A stretch of DNA of 18,722 nt. Source: a virus. The DNA is taken from the IMG/VR virus record IMGVR_UViG_3300045988_025530; one strand, given 5' to 3'. The notes beneath the pieces are model-generated. The model had not been told where the DNA came from. It did no database searches and worked only from the letters and a program-made list of their open reading frames with translations. The position numbers and the translations under genes are program-made. Every line of letters starts with the position of its first letter. Position 1 is the stretch's first letter. Shown here in pieces: positions 6,379 through 13,501 of this stretch.

Positions 6379-7014
6379 TCAGTCCTTTCTATCGAAATTG
6401 TCAGCGGTCGGGTTGCGTTCGACATAGCGCGCATCCGCTTCGGATTGCGTGATATACGCCATGTCGGCGGGCGGATTCTCGGGCATGGATTTCCCGTAGG
6501 GGAATTGGGAGCGGCCCGGAAAATCACCGGGTACGCAATTATCAACGGCGGTTGCTTTCAAATCATATTCGCGCGCCTTAAGCGACAATCCGTCGTATTC
6601 CTGCGCGGTCAACCGCATGTCATCATAGTCACCCCAGAACAGTCCGTGATTGCGCGCATTATCGTACATGCCGCCGAGCACGTCCCCTAGCGGTTGTGTG
6701 GTGCCGTACACTGGTGAGGTGGCTACGCCCTGTTGTTCCATTTCATGAATCAGGGCCAGCAGTTCCGCGCGCAGGTCGGCCATGGCCTTGTTGACTTGCG
6801 TCACGGTGTCCGCAAGAGTCTTATCCACGGATGATGCGAGGTCGCTGGTGACTCCCTCCAGCCTGCTCAAATCGCATTGAAGGGTGTCGAGATTATAGCG
6901 TAGGCATTCAATCAACTGCAACGTGGTCAATCCGTCCCGATAGGTGAACGGCACGGACGTGGGTACCCCGTCAAACAGGCGTTGCCGTGGAATCGTCGCG
7001 TTAATGGCAACCAT
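6379..7014 (-). CDS. Hypothetical tail/collar-associated structural protein
   Basis: ORF 6379..7026. The ATG at 7014 is preferred because it follows GGGAG with a 5-nt spacer; the ATG at 7026 has almost no spacer. There is a central coiled-coil-like segment (LSRLEGVTSDLASSVDKTLADTVTQVNKAMADLRAELLALIHEME). Function is inferred from position only. Confidence 0.5.
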   Translation of the reverse strand: MVAINATIPRQRLFDGVPTSVPFTYRDGLTTLQLIECLRYNLDTLQCDLSRLEGVTSDLASSVDKTLADTVTQVNKAMADLRAELLALIHEMEQQGVATSPVYGTTQPLGDVLGGMYDNARNHGLFWGDYDDMRLTAQEYDGLSLKAREYDLKATAVDNCVPGDFPGRSQFPYGKSMPENPPADMAYITQSEADARYVERNPTADNFDRKD

Positions 7015-7016
7015 GA

Positions 7017-7811
7017 TTACTCCCATTCTCCATAGTTATGGCAGTTACTGAAAATGGTATCATACGACCCCCACATCTGCATAAAACACGGTTCGAGACT
7101 CCGCACGACTTCCATATCCACGTTGATAATCGCATTCCGGTATTCCTGTATGAGGCTCATGGCGCTTTGGCTACGTCCGGTCACGTGGCTTTTGCCCTTG
7201 GAATTACTTGAATCGTGTTGATAGTCGGTCGTGCTATGGGCGGTGGTGTGACTGGTTGAATCCTGCGAGCTGGACGCGGTGCCCGAACTGTCCGCCTGCG
7301 ACTCGTTCGCATGACTGGCGTAGCGGGAAAAGTCGCCCTGCACGCCGGTCTGCGGCACGTCACTATCGAAACTTTTCGACGTGGTGGTGCTGGAATTATC
7401 CGACTTGCTGGTGCTGTTACTGGTCGAGTCCTGTGTGCTGGACGCCTTGCCGGACGATTGGGATTCACTGCCGTTCTCGCTGTCCGTGGTCATGTCCATG
7501 GAATCCAACGGATTGTATTCCATGTCCAACGTCCGGTAGCGCTCGTTGAAATAGGGCATGATTTCCGCCATAGTCATCCCCAAATAGAAGATGAACTGTT
7601 GCGCGGTTTCCTGTCCTATCTCCCGAAGCGCGTAATGACGGATGATTTTCTCGTTCAGCTCGGCTCGATGCGATTCATTGTAAATCGGGTAATAGTCGGC
7701 GCTGAGATGTAGTTTAGTGTCAGTGTCGTAGCCCATGTTAATGAGATTGCCGAGGGTTTCGGTGTACTCTCCCGGCGTTTCCATTGCATAGGCGCTGAAA
7801 TCCTGTGTCAC
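7017..7811 (-). CDS. Lower collar protein (phi29 gp11 position) with Ser/Thr-rich insertion
   Basis: It lies directly after the portal gene, coupled through a GTGA overlap, with RBS GGAGGTG. The N-terminal region (NEKIIRHYALREIGQETAQQFIFYLGMTMAEIMPYFNERY) resembles lower-collar proteins of small podoviruses as I remember them. The size (264 aa) is close to gp11 (293 aa). Confidence 0.6.
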   Translation of the reverse strand: MTQDFSAYAMETPGEYTETLGNLINMGYDTDTKLHLSADYYPIYNESHRAELNEKIIRHYALREIGQETAQQFIFYLGMTMAEIMPYFNERYRTLDMEYNPLDSMDMTTDSENGSESQSSGKASSTQDSTSNSTSKSDNSSTTTSKSFDSDVPQTGVQGDFSRYASHANESQADSSGTASSSQDSTSHTTAHSTTDYQHDSSNSKGKSHVTGRSQSAMSLIQEYRNAIINVDMEVVRSLEPCFMQMWGSYDTIFSNCHNYGEWE

Positions 7812-8758
7812 AACACACCTCCGATACCCGCGTCATACGAGGCGGGCATATCAATATCAGTCGTGCCGGTCGCGCTGGAGTCCAGTGCGTTTGGTACGCC
7901 GGAGCTTTGCGCGTCCGCATACTCAACCCAGACATTAAGAGATGGCCACAAACGGTTAATTTCCGTTGCCGCCGTCTGCCGGGCCTTGAGGAAGCTCAAC
8001 CGGAACACATCCGTTTTCTCATTGGCCTGCGCCACCTCGTCGGAGATGAGCCGTTCCTTTTTCTCGGTGCCGCTGGACTGGATGCCCAGATACCCCAGCA
8101 CCTCGTTGGTCACTTGGGTTTTCTGTTGGATGAACTTGTCCAACAGGTACGGGGTGGTGTTGGGCCACGGCTGGAACATGCTACCGGGGTCGAGCGAATC
8201 ATAGCCGACGATATAATCCTGCCCATCCTGCCGTTGCTGTAGCATGTTCTGCACGGTCAACTTGGTACGCGGGTCGGCGGTGATAATGGTCGGAAGCTTC
8301 AAACTCTCCAAGTTCACATCATACGCCTTGTCAATGTCCGCCAACCGCCGCGCATACTGCCATAGAATATCCTTGAAACTCATGCGCATACGATTATCCC
8401 AAATGGGGATGCACTCCCGGCCCGCCTTGAGTTGCTTGTAATGATAGTTGACTCCGACCGGCTCAAAACACGTCGGATTATTATACACGTTCAACCGGCC
8501 TTGATAACCGGCTTGCGTGGCGAGGAACCGGCCGATACGCTTGTCCTCGAAAAACAACGCGCACCCGTATTCACACAGACACATTTCCAACCACCGTTCA
8601 TCCACTGTCGGCGGCAGTCCCCGCCAGCTGAACCGGTTCAACGCCAGTTCCTCCAGCAAATGATAGTACATTGCATCAAGACCGGCGGCGCGTGCCTTCG
8701 CGTAGTTGCCACGCGGATGCAACGCGCCGCCAACCCGGTTTCTCTTAGACCTGCTCAT
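7808..8758 (-). CDS. Portal / upper collar connector protein (phi29 gp10-like)
   Basis: 316 aa versus 309 aa in phi29. FSWRGLPPTVDERWLEMCLCEYGCALFF compares with phi29 [28 protein letters not shown], and GTEKKERLISDEVAQANEK with NLEKKERMVTDEVSSNDEQ. Confidence 0.9.
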   Translation of the reverse strand: MSRSKRNRVGGALHPRGNYAKARAAGLDAMYYHLLEELALNRFSWRGLPPTVDERWLEMCLCEYGCALFFEDKRIGRFLATQAGYQGRLNVYNNPTCFEPVGVNYHYKQLKAGRECIPIWDNRMRMSFKDILWQYARRLADIDKAYDVNLESLKLPTIITADPRTKLTVQNMLQQRQDGQDYIVGYDSLDPGSMFQPWPNTTPYLLDKFIQQKTQVTNEVLGYLGIQSSGTEKKERLISDEVAQANEKTDVFRLSFLKARQTAATEINRLWPSLNVWVEYADAQSSGVPNALDSSATGTTDIDMPASYDAGIGGVL

Positions 8759-8770
8759 ACTACCATCATA

Positions 8771-11104
8771 TCACTCATAGCTGATGCCCGATAGTGGCTC
8801 ATTGTCCGCCCAGTCCGTCACGCCAATATACTCCGGTTTGCTCCATACGGTCACGCCCCGCTCGAACATGCCCTTGATGGTCAGACGGTATTCCTCCGGC
8901 AACGTGCCGCGAACATACGCCTCCTGCATCTGCCAAAACGTGAACTTCTTCATGCATTCCAGCGAGGCGGGCGGGGTGATGAAACGCTGGACGAAATACC
9001 CATACCGTAGCATGTATTCGCCTGCGGCCCTCAGGGCACTGGGGGCGCACGTTTTGAACCTGACCAGCACGCCCATGATTCCATTGCTCAAATTGAACAT
9101 GTCGCCACCGAGCGCGCCCGAGGTGGTTGGCGGCGTCAACTGCATTTGCTGGACTTGCGCGTTGATTCCCGCAATGGCGTTCTGGTAGTCGCCTTGGGCG
9201 GCGTAGGCGGCCAGTCCATAATTGGCCTGTGAGGTGATGGCATTGAGTTGGTTGCTCAATGCGGTCGCGCCGCTTGCATAGGCGTTCGCCTGCGAAGTGG
9301 ACGCCGTATTGGTGGCAATCTGATTTGCCGTACTGGCGGCGGCGGTGGAATTTGAAATAGCCGCCGAGGAATTGATGCCGTGGTTGGCGATGTCCATTTG
9401 AGCGGTGCCGAGGAACGCGCCGCCGATTGCGTTCGCCACTCCCATTGGGCTACGGGAGGCTATGGCGTTCAGACTACCGCCGATAGCTCCCGCCATACCA
9501 TTGAGGTTATTGTTACTGATGTTCTGTTGCACCTGCAATCCGGCCATCTGGCTGGCTCTGTCCTGACTGATGGCAAGGGACTGGTTCAGCGAGTTCGCCG
9601 TAATCGCATTGTTCGCGGTGCGGTTCTCATTGGCCCAATTGGTTTGCTGTGCGGCGTATTCGCGTTGCCACATTGCGTTCGAGTTGGCGACATCCGCCGA
9701 CGCCAATGCTTTTTGTCGCGTCCATTGCGCGGATTCCTGAGCATAGGCGCGGGTGTATGCGCTGTTCGCCATAGCCAATGCCCCGCCATTGTTGACAACG
9801 CTGAAATGAGGCAGATTGGTGATTCCAAAACTCGCATTAAGCATTTCACCGCCGTCAATCGGCAGACCGTAACCTCGATTGTTGATTTGGAGTGGGGTCA
9901 GCGTGTCCGCCCCGGCCTCATTGTATCCGGGGACATAAAAATTGATTCGTGTACCGGATGGCGCATAGGTGTACGTTTCCCTGATAGTGAGGTTATCGGA
10001 CTGGATGTCTTCCGGCCTGTAGTTGATTGTCGTTCCGTTGAGGCAACTGCATTCCACGACGCAATAGGGGTAGCAGTATAGTTTACGAAGATTGCGGTAT
10101 CGTTGCGGGATGTTAAAAAGGTTCCTGAAATCGGATACCGTCATGATGTCCTCGTAGCGCATGTCCGAGTCTACGCCGCTTTGGAAACCATAGACTCGTC
10201 CATGTTGCGCGTCAACCGACTGGCCGAAGATTTGTGTTACCTCCTGACCGTAGCGGTTGATGTAATCCTGTGGGATTTTCGGCACCATGTACACGGCGCA
10301 AATGCCTTGGGTAATCCACGGGTATGATGTTCCGGCCGCCATGATGTTCCACACGTAACTTATTCGGGAGTCACAATAGTAGACATTGCATCCATCCGTC
10401 GCACCCTCGAATATACTGCCCGTCGCCGTACGCAAATCGGGTTTCGACTCACTGCCGGGGGATTTGGTCAAATCCGTGGTGCTCACAATAATGACGCCAT
10501 AATCAACCCAATCCAATCCGCCATGCACGGTGTCCAGATGCTCCCCGGATATGATGGAATGATACCGTTGCGCCGTCGTTACCATCTCACTGCCGGTATC
10601 CAGACCCTCGGGGAGTGCCAGATAGGTGCGCCCGTAACCGTCCCACTGGTGTTCATTGGCCACACCGATATGACCGCGCGTCACATAGCAACTGCCGAAC
10701 GTGACATCATGCTGGAAACTCTGCCATACATCCAGCATCAAAACCAACTGGGTGCAATGGGCGTTGACGTATTCGACGCGCTGGATGAAGTAGTACCATG
10801 CGCGCGGCCCCTCAAGCTCGGGGTAATCATTATAGGCCACCAGATAATTCCAGTTCGACGCCTCATTGAATGGGAGTTCGACGCGGGCGGGCGCGTTGAA
10901 GATGTGCATGATGGCCGGGCGGCATTCCACGCCATCCAGCTTATCAAACCACTGTTCTTGTGTTTCACGTGAAACAAACCGGACAACATCCCGGTAGGAC
11001 GCATCCCATGGGACGCGGCAGAGTTTCAGCGTGGTGTTGGGTGTCCATTCCGCCCATGAGAAATTAGCCTCCACGTAGGGGTTCACATCGTCAATCATTG
11101 TCAA
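8771..11104 (-). CDS. Tail knob protein (phi29 gp9-like) with expanded low-complexity loop
   Basis: [44 protein letters not shown] compares with phi29 [54 protein letters not shown] compares with MYPYCVTE. The C-terminal LRYGYFVQR...GVTVWS compares with HKYGYKINR...GITLWH. RBS is GGAGG. Confidence 0.85.
   Translation of the reverse strand: [777 protein letters not shown]
10961..10976. repeat. 16-bp perfect palindrome TGTTTCACGTGAAACA, site 2 (inside the tail-knob gene)
   Basis: Read directly. It encodes V-S-R-E-T (residues 44-48) on the minus strand. Confidence 0.5.
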
Positions 11105-11120
11105 GCCTCCGGTATGACAA

Positions 11121-11155
11121 GGCCCGGAGCGCTCACGTGGATTACGCTCCGGGCC
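11121..11155 (-). terminator. Stem-loop 2 downstream of the major capsid gene (attenuating terminator candidate)
   Basis: GGCCCGGAGCG (11121-11131) / CGCTCCGGGCC (11145-11155) form a perfect 11-bp stem with a 13-nt loop containing CACGTG. On the minus strand it is followed by TTGTCAT, a weak U-tract. Confidence 0.5.
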
Positions 11156-11176
11156 TTGTATTGCATCTCGCCGTGA

Positions 11177-11204
11177 GGGAGGGTAGCCAACCGGCTACCC
11201 TCTC
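11177..11204 (-). terminator. Stem-loop 1 immediately after the major capsid gene stop
   Basis: GAGGGTAGCC (11179-11188) / GGCTACCCTC (11193-11202) form a 10-bp stem with a 4-nt loop, extendable by 2 bp. Confidence 0.5.
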
Positions 11205-11213
11205 ATTATATCA
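11205..11213 (-). promoter_or_regulatory. Extended -10 box TGATATAAT overlapping the capsid gene stop codon
   Basis: The minus strand reads GCA TGA TATAAT GAGAGG, a perfect TGnTATAAT. No good -35 was seen. Confidence 0.35.
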
Positions 11214-12950
11214 TGCGGTCACGGTCACATTCTTCTTGCCGGATGCGCCGAACAGCGTGGCGGTGATATCGGATGCACCTGCCTTGACGCCGGTCACGAC
11301 GCCCGACTCGGACACGGTGGCGTTGGCCGTGGTGCCGGATGTCCATGCGGCTTGCGCGGTCACGTCGGCGGTTCGCCCGTCAATCATGGTCGCCGTAGCG
11401 GTCGCCTGCACCGATTTACCCACTCCTACATTCGGGACGTTGACGGCAATCGACGCGATAATCGACGGGTTGAATCCGATAACACCGTCGCCGACCACCG
11501 GCACGTCCAAGGCGGCGGATACGGTGCCCGGCACCTCCGGTGTCGCCGGATTCGTGTACAGGGCGGTGGCCGTAACCGGGATAGTGGTGTTCGGTTCGTC
11601 GAGGCCGACCACCAGCACACCGGTGGGCGAAATGTAGGTATACTCGCTCTTCAGCTTGGCGGTGTCGCCGATACGATATTCCACCGCGTCGGAACGGAAC
11701 GTGGCCGTGCCATCATTGCCGATGGTCGTGTCGGCTGTGACCTGTACCGCGCCGCCACGCGCCACGTCCGTCGGGGTTTCCGTGCCACCACCGTACATGG
11801 CGAGCTTAAGTTGGAAGGTCGGCGTCTTGGCCGTCGTACCTGTGGGAGCCACCACCTTGGAAGTGGAACCCGCGCCCATCCAGAACATGACGGCGGGGGC
11901 GAAACCGGACACCGAGATAATGTGCTGGACGTGCAGATAATGGTTCACCGAGTTGATGTTCACCGGATTGATCTGCTGGGTCATCTCATTGATTACAGGG
12001 ATGTCAATGAGGAATTTATCAGTGGTGAGAATGGCCTGCACGCCATTCATGCCGAACCTGTCCTGCGGGATAACGATAATCCGGTCGATGGTCGGCTCCG
12101 CGTCGGTACGCTGGAACACCGTGGCCAGACCCTGCACGTCAAGCGCCGACTTGACTTCGGGGGAGCAGAACAGTACGAGTTCGTCGGGGCGGGCAAACGT
12201 CGGCATGTGACGCGCATTATATCGGGTGGACACGAATTTCAGCGTGTCCGCCCAAGCGCGAATCTGGCGCAACATGTCGCGCGCGTCGGTTTCCGTCGAA
12301 CCCATGTCGTTAAGGTCATGCTCCATGTGGACGCGCCAGTATCCGCCGAGCTTCGCATACTCGACGAACTGGTGGCACATGGCCTCGAACAAGTCAACCT
12401 CGGCGGCATTATAGCAGGAGGTGAGAATCTGGGAGGTGAGCGAGGCCAGACCGGTTTCGGAGGTGAACGCACGTTGGAGTGTTTTATCCTCCGTGGTAGC
12501 AGGGTAGAAGTGGGTAAAGTCGAGACGGTGGTAGAGGCTATCCACGTCGATTTTCCATTTGCGGAAGTTGTCCGCGCCCAAGTATTCCGCGTCCGGGTCG
12601 TACACCTGTGCGAGTGGCATACCTACGGCGATTTCCTGCCACGTGTCGCCATACGCCTGAGATGCACGCTGGAAAACACTCAGCGGGTTGTTCCAACGCC
12701 ACGTGTTCACGTAAGTACCGCCGATACGGTTCACCAGCGCCGAGTAAAACTCGTTCTTCAACTGGGTGGAAGACATGAGGGTGGCCATCTGGCGGTCCAT
12801 GTTCATCTGAGTGGCCGAAGGCATACGCCTCTGATACTCGGGAGATGCCTCATTGCGAATCATGTTGAGAATCTGCGCGTTATTGAACTCGGTGAGCGGG
12901 CGCAGTTGCTGTTTCGGCGTCACCACTGGAGTGGTTAGCATGATAATCAT
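11211..12950 (-). CDS. Major capsid protein (phi29 gp8-like, HK97 fold inferred) with C-terminal Ig-like (Big_2-type) domains
   Basis: [28 protein letters not shown] compares with phi29 [62 protein letters not shown] compares with [34 protein letters not shown]. The C-terminal [55 protein letters not shown] is a Big_2-like repeat. The start may be the ATG at 12950 or at 12941. Confidence 0.92.
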   Translation of the reverse strand: [579 protein letters not shown]

Positions 12951-12964
12951 TTCCTTCCTGACTG

Positions 12965-13306
12965 TTAGTCTTCAAACAGGTCATCGAATGTACTGTAGAT
13001 GCCGTTGTAGTCATCGTCGGTCATTTCAGCCGATTCCGGCGTCGCATTATCGTCCGGGCCGTCGTTGAACACGTGGTCTGCGGCGGCGTCGCGCATAGCC
13101 TCAATGGTTTTGGAGAGTTCCGCCACGGTCGCTTCCAAGGCGCTCAACCGGTTGGCCATGTCGGCGTCCTTATCGTCGCCCGCGTCCTCGGGTTCGCCAT
13201 TGTCCTGCGTTTCAGGCTCCGGGTTTGGCGTATTATCGTCGGTCGGCCCGGCGTCCGGTTCGGTGTCGGGCGTGGTGTCCGGTTCGGTGTTTTCGGTATC
13301 GTCCAT
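12965..13306 (-). CDS. Scaffolding protein (phi29 gp7 position), highly acidic
   Basis: 113 aa from the ATG at 13306 (RBS AAGGGG, 7-nt spacer; the track ORF starts at GTG 13312). Termini are very D/E-rich and there is a central helix, ANRLSALEATVAELSKTIEAMRDAAA. It lies immediately upstream of the capsid gene. Confidence 0.7.
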   Translation of the reverse strand: MDDTENTEPDTTPDTEPDAGPTDDNTPNPEPETQDNGEPEDAGDDKDADMANRLSALEATVAELSKTIEAMRDAAADHVFNDGPDDNATPESAEMTDDDYNGIYSTFDDLFED

Positions 13307-13315
13307 AATCACCCC

Positions 13316-13486
13316 TTAAAGTAAGTGGCATGACGGCAATCACGCCGTCATGCCGGTTTGCTAGGCTGTGCGGGTTCCCTCGCCGTCGCTGGGCGTTGGC
13401 TACGCACGTCTACATCCGACCGAATCGCCTTACCGATTTGCCTGCCGGTCGGGCCATCGAATCGACTTGGGACGCACACCCCGCTA
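13316..13486 (-). ncRNA. Candidate about 160-170 nt structured RNA or regulatory 5' leader of the late operon (hypothetical)
   Basis: The 181-nt gap between pol and scaffold is GC-rich, has no plausible ORF, and has an extended -10 box at its upstream edge. Visible pairings (minus-strand RNA): 13490-13473 with 13372-13353 (about 16 bp, interrupted); CCGACCG 13452-13446 with CGGUCGG 13422-13416, enclosing AAUCG/CGAUU (13438-13434 / 13427-13423); and a perfect 11-bp terminal hairpin at 13354-13327. Confidence 0.3.
13327..13354 (-). terminator. Perfect 11-bp stem-loop just upstream of the scaffold RBS (terminator/attenuator candidate)
   Basis: GGCATGACGGC aatcac GCCGTCATGCC. On the minus strand it is followed by ACUUACUUUAAGGGG, which is moderately U-rich. 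Confidence 0.5.
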
Positions 13487-13492
13487 CCGGAT

Positions 13493-13501
13493 ATTATAGC
13501 A
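13493..13501 (-). promoter_or_regulatory. Extended -10 box TGCTATAAT overlapping the DNA polymerase stop codon (candidate middle/late promoter)
   Basis: The minus strand reads CTTTTA TGC TAT AAT ATCCGG, a perfect TGnTATAAT. The -35 region (TGATGA at 17-nt spacing) is poor, which extended -10 promoters tolerate. Confidence 0.45.

Noticed and set aside
12408-12416. Third perfect extended -10 (TGCTATAAT, minus strand) inside the capsid gene
   Set aside because: It lies mid-gene and is explained by the codons S-C-Y-N-A (TCC TGC TAT AAT GCC). It shows such boxes can arise by chance here, which tempers confidence in the two junction boxes. The TATAAT strings at 5908, 6346 and 6888 likewise come from Y-N-L codons.
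11352-12938. 528-aa ORF on the plus strand antisense to the major capsid gene (also 11098..11637, 9380..10081, 7805..8242, 16003..16563 and similar)
   Set aside because: These are shadow ORFs typical of GC-rich coding regions. Their translations are Arg/Gly/His/Val-rich low-complexity sequence, they have no RBS, and they fully overlap genes with clear homology on the other strand.
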